Shown in pieces: positions 24,958 through 33,484 of a stretch of 53,079 bases of DNA. The DNA is from an uncultured Spirochaetales bacterium (GTDB lineage Bacteria > Spirochaetota > Spirochaetia > SPDA01 > CAZSGZ01): contig CAZSGZ010000001.1 of assembly GCA_964606455.1 (NCBI GenBank), forward strand, positions 1 through 53,079, in the 5' to 3' direction. The notes below the pieces were generated by a model, which ran no database searches, was not told where the DNA came from, and saw only the letters and a list, made by a program, of their open reading frames with translations. A program made the translations under genes and the position numbers. The stretch's first letter is position 1, and each line of letters opens with the position of its first letter.

Positions 24958-27066
24958 ATGAAATGGAAAAAAGAAGATATTAATACCGATTTAGTGAGGG
25001 AGTTTTCCTCCCGTTTTGACATCGACCTGCTGACGGCGGCCATTCTCGTCCGGCGCGGAGTATGCAGCTATGAAGACGCGGCGTATTATCTGGAAAATGA
25101 TGTCCGTTTTCTCCACAATCCCTTTCTGTTTAGTGAAATGGAGGACGCCGTCGACAGAATTCGGGAGGCCGCCGCGGAGGGGGAGAAGGTTTCCATCTTC
25201 GGGGACAGGGACGCCGACGGAATTACCTCGACGGTCCTGCTGTATCAGGAACTTGTCAACATGGGCATCGACGCGGCCTGGACCCTTCCTCTCGGGGATG
25301 ATCCGTACGGGCTGACGAAGGCTGCGGTGGACAGGTGCAAGGAAAATGATGTTACCCTCATTATTACCGTCGACTGCGGTATTTCGAATACGGAGGAGAT
25401 AGCCTACGCCGCTGAACTCGGTATCGATACCATCGTTATTGACCATCACAACCCCCACAGCACCGTTCCGAAGGCGGCGGCGATTATCAATCCCAAAATG
25501 GAAGACTCGGGGTACCCCTTCGAAGGGCTGGCGGGATGCGCGGTTGTCGCAAAGGTTATCTGGGCCCTCAGGTTTTCATATACTCCCCTGTACAACCATC
25601 CGGTGTGTCTTATGAATTTACGCCCGGGGAACGAGACGTTCATTATCGAGGCGGTCAAACTGGAAAACCTGGTGGAAGTCGACAGAATTGTAGAAAATAT
25701 CGTTCCGGGACTGTATGTGGAACAGACACGGCTGGTGCAGTTTCTCGCGAATCAGGAGATCTACATATATGATGAAACACTGCAGAAAAAAATGATTACC
25801 CGGGTATTCGGGGAGGCGGTTGAGGTCCATGCAATCGACGCCGCTCCCGAAATTTGGAAGGCCTTTCCAAAACTGCGGGAGAAAAGCCTCTTTCGAATGC
25901 GCGAATTGAGCCGTTTTGCCAGGTATCAGCGGAAAGACCGGTACGAGATCGATATCTTTATCAGCCTGTTTACCTCTTTTTATTTCGAGCAAGAGCCTTC
26001 TCTCGGCAAGGAGTACCTGGAAATACTCGACCTCGTTGCCCTCGGGACCATAGCGGACCTTATGCCGCTGGTTAATGAAAACAGGATTTTAGTACGATTG
26101 GGGATGGAGCTGCTGAACCGGGGCAGCCGGCCGGGTATTCACGAGCTGATGTTCAAGCAGAATATTCTCGCGAAAACCATCGGTACAAAGGACATTGCCT
26201 GGAATATAGCGCCTTTGATAAACGCTACCGGAAGAATGGGCGTGCCCGACAAGGCGGTGGAACTGTTCCTTTCCCCTGACCACGGAGAGCGGCAGCAGCT
26301 TGCCGATGAAATAATAGCACTCAACCGGGAACGGAAGGCCTTAGGCGATAAAGTGTGGAATACGATTCTGAAGGATGCCGAAGAGAGCTATCAAGATTTT
26401 CAGCAAAAAATGGTGCTTGTAACGGGGAAAAACATCCACCGGGGCATTACGGGAATTATCGCGGCCCGCCTGGTGAATACCTTTAACGTAACGGCGGTGG
26501 TTATTTCAATCCACGATGAAACGGCAATAGGATCGGTGCGGAGCAGCGGCGGGGTGAATGTAAAAAACATGCTCGCCGCGTTTTCGGAGCTCTTTATCGA
26601 TTTCGGCGGACATGACTTTGCCGCCGGGTTCAGCATTCCCCTGGAAAACCTGGACCGGCTGCGGGAATGTTTACGTACCGCTTCCGCGGACATGAAAACC
26701 GCGGCAGCGGAGGAGGAACCGATACCGGTTGACGCGGAACTGCCGGTAAAGCATATGACACCGGAGCTTATTAAGATAGTTGAAAAATTCGAACCCTACG
26801 GCGAAGGCAACCAGCCGCTTATCTTCCTGCTCAAAAACGCGGTTATCAGCGGGATGTCCATTATCGGCAAGACGGACAAACAGCATATAAAAATGACCGT
26901 GGACACCGGCGGTAATTCCTGGCCTGCCATTTTCTGGCGCGCCGCTGACCGGGTGAACCGCGATTTCAGCACCGGGGACTCCGTCAGCCTCCTGTTCCGG
27001 CTGGGGAGAAATTACTTTCAAAATACCGAACATCTGCAGCTGACCGTTCTGGACGTTGAAAAATGA
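24958..27066 (+). CDS. recJ: Single-stranded-DNA-specific exonuclease RecJ
   Basis: DHH motifs (IFGDRDADGITS, VDCG, DHHNP) and the DHHA1 region (GGHDFAAG). Confidence 0.93.
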   Translation: MKWKKEDINTDLVREFSSRFDIDLLTAAILVRRGVCSYEDAAYYLENDVRFLHNPFLFSEMEDAVDRIREAAAEGEKVSIFGDRDADGITSTVLLYQELVNMGIDAAWTLPLGDDPYGLTKAAVDRCKENDVTLIITVDCGISNTEEIAYAAELGIDTIVIDHHNPHSTVPKAAAIINPKMEDSGYPFEGLAGCAVVAKVIWALRFSYTPLYNHPVCLMNLRPGNETFIIEAVKLENLVEVDRIVENIVPGLYVEQTRLVQFLANQEIYIYDETLQKKMITRVFGEAVEVHAIDAAPEIWKAFPKLREKSLFRMRELSRFARYQRKDRYEIDIFISLFTSFYFEQEPSLGKEYLEILDLVALGTIADLMPLVNENRILVRLGMELLNRGSRPGIHELMFKQNILAKTIGTKDIAWNIAPLINATGRMGVPDKAVELFLSPDHGERQQLADEIIALNRERKALGDKVWNTILKDAEESYQDFQQKMVLVTGKNIHRGITGIIAARLVNTFNVTAVVISIHDETAIGSVRSSGGVNVKNMLAAFSELFIDFGGHDFAAGFSIPLENLDRLRECLRTASADMKTAAAEEEPIPVDAELPVKHMTPELIKIVEKFEPYGEGNQPLIFLLKNAVISGMSIIGKTDKQHIKMTVDTGGNSWPAIFWRAADRVNRDFSTGDSVSLLFRLGRNYFQNTEHLQLTVLDVEK

Positions 27067-28010
27067 AAAAACTCCTTCTCCTGCTCACGATCGCTTTTTT
27101 CTCCCTTGTACCGCTGTATTGTGAAAGCACGGCATCCCCGGAGGCGGTTTATACGGAGACCTCCTTTCCGGGGGGCGTGCTGGTCCTGTCCTTGGAGGCG
27201 ACATCGATGTTCTGGGACGGAACCGCCGTTGTCGAGGACACGCAGCGGAACGTTCTTTCGACCGGGAAAATGTTTACCCGCCCGGAGGAGTCGTCGGGAA
27301 AATATTTTTTCTCGTTCATTGTCGGGGTCCCGTCCACGGCCGCGCCGGGGGAGTATACCCTTCGATACCGCCTCGAAGGGCTGGCAGATGTCGAGGAAAC
27401 GCTCGACGTTGCCATCCTGCCGAGGGAATTCTTGTCCGAAGATATTCCCCTGAACCGGGAGCTGACGGCAATTCGAGCGGAACCGGACCCTCGGAAAGAC
27501 GCGGAGGCGGCGGAGTTTTTCGCGATCCTCCGCGGCTTCTCGAAAAGCGCCGTCTTTTCGCGGGAAAAGCACCGGCTGCCGGTAGACGACTTTATTACAT
27601 CGAGTTATTTCGGCGACCGGAGACGCTATTTGTACAGTGACGGCGGCATCGGCTATTCCATTCACACCGGAGTCGATATGGCGGCGCCGAAAGGAACGTC
27701 GGTATACGCAAGCGGAAACGGCCGGGTGGTGTTCGCCGCGGACCGGATTGTGACTGGAAAAACGGTCATCATCGAACACCTCCCGGGGATTTACGGAATT
27801 TATTACCACCTCGATTCTATCGCCGCCGTGCGGGGAAATTACGTGAAAAAAGGACAGTTTATCGGCACCGTGGGAAGCACCGGACTTTCAACCGGGGACC
27901 ACCTGCACTGGGAAATACGCGTCGGAGAGGTTGCCGTCGATCCGTACATTTTTGTCGAGGGCCGTGTTCTTGACAAACCCGCTGTTTTGGGTAACCATAC
28001 AGTTAAGTAA
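27063..28010 (+). CDS. Secreted M23 (LytM-type) peptidase
   Basis: Signal peptide. [12 protein letters not shown] and GDHLHWEIR motifs. ATGA overlap with the recJ stop. Confidence 0.88.
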   Translation: MKKLLLLLTIAFFSLVPLYCESTASPEAVYTETSFPGGVLVLSLEATSMFWDGTAVVEDTQRNVLSTGKMFTRPEESSGKYFFSFIVGVPSTAAPGEYTLRYRLEGLADVEETLDVAILPREFLSEDIPLNRELTAIRAEPDPRKDAEAAEFFAILRGFSKSAVFSREKHRLPVDDFITSSYFGDRRRYLYSDGGIGYSIHTGVDMAAPKGTSVYASGNGRVVFAADRIVTGKTVIIEHLPGIYGIYYHLDSIAAVRGNYVKKGQFIGTVGSTGLSTGDHLHWEIRVGEVAVDPYIFVEGRVLDKPAVLGNHTVK

Positions 28011-28024
28011 CTGAAAAGGGGGTG

Positions 28025-28240
28025 ATGAATATCGCGTACGTACGGATTGAAGAAACTGAGCCGCTTGAAAAGGCCTTGAAACGCTTTAAGCGGATGGTTG
28101 AAAAAGAGGGGATTATCAGGGAGTGGAAAAAACGGGAATACTTCGAAAAACCGTCAACTATCCGGAATAAGAAGCGGAAAGCATTTGAACGGAAGTTGAT
28201 GAAAAAAGCCCGTAAAATGCAGGCAATGCGGAATTACTGA
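28025..28240 (+). CDS. rpsU: 30S ribosomal protein S21
   Basis: [31 protein letters not shown] plus a basic tail. The ATG at 28025 follows AGGGGG. Confidence 0.93.
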   Translation: MNIAYVRIEETEPLEKALKRFKRMVEKEGIIREWKKREYFEKPSTIRNKKRKAFERKLMKKARKMQAMRNY

Positions 28241-28259
28241 TATTTTTGCACAAACCACG

Positions 28260-28299
28260 AAAAGCTGTCCGGAGATATGTTCCAGGGCAGCTTTTTTTT
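28260..28299 (+). terminator. Rho-independent terminator after rpsU
   Basis: 10-bp stem AAAGCTGTCC(28261-70)/GGGCAGCTTT(28285-94) with one G-U pair, then a T8 run. Confidence 0.7.
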
Positions 28300-28330
28300 C
28301 GCCTTTTTTTGCACCTTATTGAATCGGAAT

Positions 28331-29122
28331 CTACCGCTGCAGTTCTGCAAACTCCCGGCGAAGCACCGAATGCAGGCGCCCGTTCGCAGCGATAATCGAG
28401 CTCGTTGCAAGTGCCGGGTCGCTGCCGGAAAAATCGGTAAGCGTTCCGCCGGCTTCGGAAAGAATCAGTTTCCCGGCGGCGTAATCCCAGGGGGAGAGGC
28501 GGTGCTCCCAGAATCCGTCGCCCCATCCGGCGGCTGTGTAGCAGAGGTCCAAGGCGGCGCAGCCGGTCCGGCGGATGCCGATAATTCCTTTTTTAAAAAA
28601 ATGTTCAATAGCACCGAGTGTTTTCCGCATCTCGTCTCCCCGGTCATAGTAAAAACCGGTAAAGAGCATAGCGTTTTTCAACGAGTCCTGCCGGCTTACA
28701 CGGATGGGGCTGCCGTCGTAAAACGCTCCTTTCCCCTTTTCGGCGGAAAACACCCCTTCTCCGGCAGTGTTCCTGACAATACCGGCAATGATCTCTCCTT
28801 CCAGGGCAACGCCGATTGATACCGCGTAATGAGGGAACCCCTTGAAAAAATTGTTCGTGCCGTCTAAAGGATCGATAATCCAGGTGTAGGGAGAGGCTGT
28901 CTCCGGATAGGAACCTTCTTCGGCAAGAATATTGTGGTCGGGAAAGGATGTTCGTAGTATCTCGACAATTGCCCGCTCCGAGTCGATATCGGCGGAAGTA
29001 ACCATATCGTGATGCTGCTTCTTTGCCGAGGAAGTGAAACCTGATTTTGAGTACGATTTATGTACCCCCGCGGCGGCTTCCGCGGCTTTGCGTGCTGTTT
29101 CAAGAATGCGTGTAGTGTCCAT
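28331..29122 (-). CDS. Inositol monophosphatase family protein (SuhB-like)
   Basis: Motifs AEEG, WIIDPLDGTNNF and the C-terminal WDYAAG. Confidence 0.9.
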   Translation of the reverse strand: MDTTRILETARKAAEAAAGVHKSYSKSGFTSSAKKQHHDMVTSADIDSERAIVEILRTSFPDHNILAEEGSYPETASPYTWIIDPLDGTNNFFKGFPHYAVSIGVALEGEIIAGIVRNTAGEGVFSAEKGKGAFYDGSPIRVSRQDSLKNAMLFTGFYYDRGDEMRKTLGAIEHFFKKGIIGIRRTGCAALDLCYTAAGWGDGFWEHRLSPWDYAAGKLILSEAGGTLTDFSGSDPALATSSIIAANGRLHSVLRREFAELQR

Positions 29123-29155
29123 TTATCCAGCATATCATATTGTCGAAAAAAAGTA

Positions 29156-29184
29156 TTGACAAACCTGTAAAGCCGTATTACATT
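29156..29184 (+). promoter_or_regulatory. Sigma70-type promoter of the ABC/GntR operon
   Basis: TTGACA (29156-29161), 17-nt spacer, TACATT (29179-29184). Confidence 0.55.
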
Positions 29185-29240
29185 ACTACTGTATTAGAGA
29201 GATAGTACACTAAGATAGAAAATATTAATTGGAGGAAACC

Positions 29241-30089
29241 ATGATTACCATGAGTGCAGTAAACTTCGGATACAAGCCGGGGCGGAAGCTGTTCGAAGAT
29301 TTGAACCTAACGGCGGAAGGAGGAAATATTTACGGGCTTCTCGGCCGGAACGGCGCGGGAAAAACCACGATTCTACGGTTAATCGGCGGGCTGCTGTTTC
29401 CGCACACGGGCTCGGTAACCGTTTCGGGTAGAGAGGCAATGGAACGGCAGCCGGAAATGCTCGCGGACCTTATTTTTGTTCCCGAGGAACCGTTTTTGCC
29501 GAAAATTCCGGGAACCGCGTACCTTTCCCGGTATGCACCGTTTTATCCCCGTTTCGATGCAAAACAGTTTGAGGAAAGCACCGAGGCCTTCGGTTTCGAT
29601 GTGGGTGAAAACCTGGGAGAACTCTCATACGGGCAGAAAAAAAAGTTTCTTCTTTCCTTTGCCCTCGCGTCAAACTGCCGGGTTACCCTGCTGGATGAAC
29701 CGACAAACGGACTGGATATTCCCGCGAAAAGCGGTTTCAGAAAAGTATTGAGCGGCAGCGTGGATGAATCGAAAACGATCATTATCGCTACACATCAGGT
29801 GCGGGACATCGAGCTTTTAATCGACCCGATTATTATTATCGAACAGTCGAAGGTTGTTTTTCAACGGAGCTCCGAGGAAATTTCGAAAAACATGCGGGTG
29901 CGCCTGCAGGAAAAGCAGCCGGAAGAGGGTGTCTATTACGAAAAAGTTTTCGGCGGCTACGCGGTGCTGGAGAAAAACAGCGGAGACCGGGAGGAAAACA
30001 TCGACCTTGAACTGCTGTTTAACGCGGTAACGACAAATCCGCGGCAAATCGAAAGTATGTTTGCGGGGGAGGAAAAGAACAATGCATAA
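29241..30089 (+). CDS. ABC transporter ATP-binding protein
   Basis: Walker A GRNGAGKTT, signature LSYGQKKK, Walker B LLDEPTNGLD. The ATG at 29241 lies 5 nt after GGAGG. Confidence 0.9.
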   Translation: MITMSAVNFGYKPGRKLFEDLNLTAEGGNIYGLLGRNGAGKTTILRLIGGLLFPHTGSVTVSGREAMERQPEMLADLIFVPEEPFLPKIPGTAYLSRYAPFYPRFDAKQFEESTEAFGFDVGENLGELSYGQKKKFLLSFALASNCRVTLLDEPTNGLDIPAKSGFRKVLSGSVDESKTIIIATHQVRDIELLIDPIIIIEQSKVVFQRSSEEISKNMRVRLQEKQPEEGVYYEKVFGGYAVLEKNSGDREENIDLELLFNAVTTNPRQIESMFAGEEKNNA

Positions 30090-30867
30090 AACATCTATTA
30101 TTTCATGGAAACGGTTTTTCGGGGTTTGTAAAATCAATTTGGCGGAACATCGAAAAGGGCTGATAATAGCATTGAGTATTATCCTCGGGATCCATTTTAT
30201 CATCTATCTAACATCCGCATTTACCGGACCTGCTGAAGAAATTCACGGTATCTTTTTTATCAACGCGCTGTTTGTCGCGGGGCTTATCGCGACAAGTCTG
30301 GTGTTTCGGGACTTTTACGCGAAGGACCGGGGATATTTTTCGCTTCTCCTGCCGGCAAGCAGTTTCGAGAAGTATTTGAGTAAATTTCTCATTACAACGG
30401 CAGGATATGTGGTAGGCGGAATCGTTGTATATTTCGTGTATTCCTGCATGGCAATGGGTATCGCCTATGCCCTTTTCGGCGGCAGTTACGGCATTTTCAA
30501 TCCCTTTACCGCTTCTCTGTGGAAACTAATCGGAGGCTATATCGTCGCGCATTCAATTTTCTTTTTCGGGGCGGTGTTTTTCAGAAACGCGGCATATGTA
30601 AAGACTCTCCTGTCCTTAATTGTGCTGGCTATTGTCTTTACGATTTTTGCGTCCCTCGTTACCGCACTTACCGCCGTTACCTGGATGGACGATATACTGC
30701 CGTTTGCAATGAAAGGGTTTACCAATTTTACGCTCCCGAATACGGGTCCGGTTGTCAATTTTCTTTCGGTCATGTCCGTCATTTCGAGGTCCTTTGTTTA
30801 TTTTATCCTGCCGCCGGCACTGTGGGTAATCGGATTTATTCGTTTTAAAGAAATCGAGGTGCGGTAA
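30082..30867 (+). CDS. Polytopic membrane protein of unknown function (putative permease partner of the ABC ATPase)
   Basis: About 6 hydrophobic helices. The start overlaps the ATPase stop (ATGCATAA). I recognise no family motif. Confidence 0.6.
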   Translation: MHKTSIISWKRFFGVCKINLAEHRKGLIIALSIILGIHFIIYLTSAFTGPAEEIHGIFFINALFVAGLIATSLVFRDFYAKDRGYFSLLLPASSFEKYLSKFLITTAGYVVGGIVVYFVYSCMAMGIAYALFGGSYGIFNPFTASLWKLIGGYIVAHSIFFFGAVFFRNAAYVKTLLSLIVLAIVFTIFASLVTALTAVTWMDDILPFAMKGFTNFTLPNTGPVVNFLSVMSVISRSFVYFILPPALWVIGFIRFKEIEVR

Positions 30868-31232
30868 TGGAATTCGATTCGAAACAGCCGATTTATCTGC
30901 AGATAGCGGAAAAGATAATTGAAAATATTTTAGAGGAAAAATGGACGGGAGAGGATAAAATCCCTTCCGTCCGGGATTTGGCAATGGAGGTGGAAGTGAA
31001 TCCGAACACAATTATGAGGACATATTCGTTTCTGCAGGACGCGGATATTATCTATAACAAGCGGGGAATAGGGTATTTCGTTTCCCCGGAAGCGTTTTCC
31101 ATTGTAAAAGAAATAAGAAAACAAGAGTTTCTCAACGAAGAGCTGCCCCATGTTTTTCGGACTATGGAACTGCTGGATATGGGGATAGGTGATATTGAAC
31201 GGCAGTACGCACAATACCAAACGGGAATGTAA
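30867..31232 (+). CDS. GntR-family transcriptional regulator, YtrA subfamily (short)
   Basis: 121 aa. Winged-HTH block PSVRDLAMEVEVNPNTIMRTYSFLQDADIIYNKRGIGYFV. TAATG overlap with the upstream gene. Confidence 0.88.
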   Translation: MEFDSKQPIYLQIAEKIIENILEEKWTGEDKIPSVRDLAMEVEVNPNTIMRTYSFLQDADIIYNKRGIGYFVSPEAFSIVKEIRKQEFLNEELPHVFRTMELLDMGIGDIERQYAQYQTGM

Positions 31233-31244
31233 CAGGAGAAAAGA

Positions 31245-31979
31245 ATGAAACGAAGTAATACGGGACTATTTATCGTTATCGGATTTGCCGCGGTCTTAAT
31301 TATCGTGACAATTGTCGGGGCGCGGATTGTTATCGGAAATATATTTGGAAAACCGGGAACCTACGATACCGAAGTTGTGGAAGAAGCATCGGCGGAAATG
31401 GACATGTCGGTCATGACGTTCAATTACGCGGATTTTAACGAAATCGAAGTTGCGGGGGCGTGGACAATCAATGTCCGGCAGGGTGAAGATTTCGCGGTAA
31501 CCGTTCACTGTCCCGAGGGGCTGAAAGACCTGGTAATGCTGCGTAAGCGTGGAGAAAGGCTCTGTTTTGAAGACGTTTTCCGCTTCAGAAGGCTTAAGAC
31601 CGGGTCCCTGAAGGCAGACATCACCATGCCCTCCTTAGAGAAGTATGAAGTGGACGGCGCCGCGTCGGTGTATATCAGCGGATTTGAGCAGGAGCGTTTG
31701 GAGCTGGAAATTAACGGTGCCGCGTCAATTACGGGCGAAAACAATGCAGTTGAGACCCTCCGCGTCGATTTACACGGTGCCGGTCTCGTGGATTTCGGAG
31801 GCAGTGAAACGAAAAACGCCGATGTAGATATCGACGGAGTGGGAAAGGTCGTTCTGTCGATAAGCGGCGGTGTTTTAGACGGAAGCATAGACGGACTGGG
31901 GTCGATTAAGTATTACGGCGATATATCTGAAAACAGATTAGATATTGACGGGCTGGGAAGCGTAAAAAAAGTTGAGTAA
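31245..31979 (+). CDS. DUF2807 / GIN-domain (putative adhesin-head beta-helix) membrane-anchored protein
   Basis: N-terminal TM helix followed by repeated G-x-G/S beta-helix rungs (INGAASITG, LHGAGLVDFGG, IDGVGKVVL, IDGLGSIKYYG). Confidence 0.7.
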   Translation: MKRSNTGLFIVIGFAAVLIIVTIVGARIVIGNIFGKPGTYDTEVVEEASAEMDMSVMTFNYADFNEIEVAGAWTINVRQGEDFAVTVHCPEGLKDLVMLRKRGERLCFEDVFRFRRLKTGSLKADITMPSLEKYEVDGAASVYISGFEQERLELEINGAASITGENNAVETLRVDLHGAGLVDFGGSETKNADVDIDGVGKVVLSISGGVLDGSIDGLGSIKYYGDISENRLDIDGLGSVKKVE

Positions 31980-32000
31980 TCCCAATAAAATTGCCCTGCC

Positions 32001-32029
32001 TTGACAAATAGGGGCATGTAATCTACCTT
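32001..32029 (+). promoter_or_regulatory. Candidate promoter for the DHOD-like/gcvH operon
   Basis: TTGACA (32001-32006), 17-nt spacer, TACCTT (32024-32029). The -10 element is weak. Confidence 0.3.
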
Positions 32030-32062
32030 TTATGTGATATAGTTTCGCGTGAGGAGATCTAC

Positions 32063-33046
32063 ATGCCCGATTTTTCCGTGTCATACTTAGGCATCCCGTT
32101 ACAAAACCCGCTCGTAGCGGCAAGCTCGAAATTGACCGCCACGCTCGACGGGGTAAAACAATGTGAAGACGCCGGCGCGGGTGCCGTGGTGCTGAAATCT
32201 CTCTTCGAAGAACAAATTATATCCGATGCCGGTTCCATGCTGGGCAACCTGGACAGTTCCGTCCACGCGGAAGCATACGATTACACATCCGTTATGAGCG
32301 AGGAATATGTTCTCGACAGTTATCTGAAACTGGTCGAGGACGCGAAAGCCCAGCTTGACATTCCGGTCATCGCAAGTTTGAACTGCGTCAGCGCTGGGAA
32401 GTGGTTGGACTATGCGGCGAATTTCCAAACCGTCGGCGCGGACGCCCTGGAGCTGAATGTGTTTGTCATTCCCGCGGATGCGAAACGGACCGGCGCCGAC
32501 CATGAAAAAATATACATCGATATTGCCCGGGAAATAACCAAACGGGTTGACCTGCCGGTTTCGATGAAAATCGGACCCCACTTTTCCGGTTTGGCACACA
32601 TAATGCACACACTGCAGGATGAGGGAATGAAAGGGCTCGTTCTGTTCAACAGGTTCTACAGGCCGGACATCGATATCGAGGCGATGAAGCTTGTCCCCGC
32701 GAAAATCTTCAGCGTGCCGCAGGAAATGTCACTGATATTGCAATGGATAGCGCTCATGTCCGGAGAACTGGACTGCGACTTATCGGCAACAACCGGGGTA
32801 ACGGACTCAAATGCGGTGGTGAAACAGCTTCTTGCCGGAGCGAAGACCGTACAGCTGTGTTCGACCCTGTTCCAAAACGGAGTAGGGTATATCAAGACAA
32901 TACGAAAAGGGCTTGGGAGCTGGATGGAAAGGCACGGCTACGCTCATGTCGAGGAGTTTCGGGGCATGCTGTGCCAGGAAAAAAGCGATAACCCGGAGGC
33001 CTACGAGCGGTCCCAATATATAAAGGCCCTCGTCGGCATTATGTAA
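32063..33046 (+). CDS. Dihydroorotate-dehydrogenase-like FMN TIM-barrel protein (non-canonical, paralog B)
   Basis: Collinear with the 56-1072 protein (NPLVAASS, VVLKSLFEEQ, SMKIGP, LFNRF, LLAGAKTVQLCS). The catalytic loop reads ELNVFVIP instead of ELN-SCPN. Confidence 0.75.
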   Translation: MPDFSVSYLGIPLQNPLVAASSKLTATLDGVKQCEDAGAGAVVLKSLFEEQIISDAGSMLGNLDSSVHAEAYDYTSVMSEEYVLDSYLKLVEDAKAQLDIPVIASLNCVSAGKWLDYAANFQTVGADALELNVFVIPADAKRTGADHEKIYIDIAREITKRVDLPVSMKIGPHFSGLAHIMHTLQDEGMKGLVLFNRFYRPDIDIEAMKLVPAKIFSVPQEMSLILQWIALMSGELDCDLSATTGVTDSNAVVKQLLAGAKTVQLCSTLFQNGVGYIKTIRKGLGSWMERHGYAHVEEFRGMLCQEKSDNPEAYERSQYIKALVGIM

Positions 33047-33075
33047 CAGACAGTAGCTATAGTAAGGAGGAGAAC

Positions 33076-33462
33076 GTGAACATACCTGATGACAGAAAAT
33101 ATCAAGAGACCCACGAATGGGTGCAGGTTGACGGAAAAACCGCCGTAGTCGGCATTACCGACTATGCTCAGGATTCTCTCGGAGACATCGTATTCATCGA
33201 GCTTCCCGAAACGGGAGCTGAATTGTCGAAGGGAGATGAAATTACCACAATTGAATCGGTAAAGGCAGCGTCGCCGATTTACAGTCCCGTTACCGGCACC
33301 ATATCGGAGGTCAATTCCGATCTGGAGGATGAACCTGAAAAAATTAATGCAGACGCGTATAACACCTTTATCGTTAAAATTGAGATGTCCGGAGAACTCG
33401 ATGAAGAAGGGCTTCTCGATGCCGCGGGGTACCGGAAAGTTGTGGAAGAAGAAAGCAGCTGA
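33076..33462 (+). CDS. gcvH: Glycine cleavage system H protein / lipoyl carrier protein
   Basis: 128 aa. Y..THEW, AQDSLGDIVFIELPE and the lipoyl-lysine motif ESVKAAS are present. The GTG start follows AAGGAGGAG. Confidence 0.92.
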   Translation: MNIPDDRKYQETHEWVQVDGKTAVVGITDYAQDSLGDIVFIELPETGAELSKGDEITTIESVKAASPIYSPVTGTISEVNSDLEDEPEKINADAYNTFIVKIEMSGELDEEGLLDAAGYRKVVEEESS

Positions 33463-33484
33463 TAAACCTGTAAACTGAGTACAG

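Noticed and set aside
27018-27809. 263-aa antisense ORF inside the M23 peptidase gene. Similar long antisense ORFs occur at 4963-5676, 12374-13090, 22149-22829, 40632-41432, 43028-44023 and 51255-52190.
   Set aside because: Each lies opposite a gene with clear family motifs. Their translations are Arg/Pro/Gly-rich or low-complexity with no recognisable domain. Long shadow ORFs of this kind are expected opposite real genes when stop codons are depleted on the antisense strand. I see no evidence for overlapping genes.
31980-32062. Possible glycine riboswitch upstream of the gcvH-containing operon
   Set aside because: Only 83 nt are available, and most of that is taken by a promoter-like TTGACA element and the SD. 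It is too short and lacks the conserved glycine-aptamer features.
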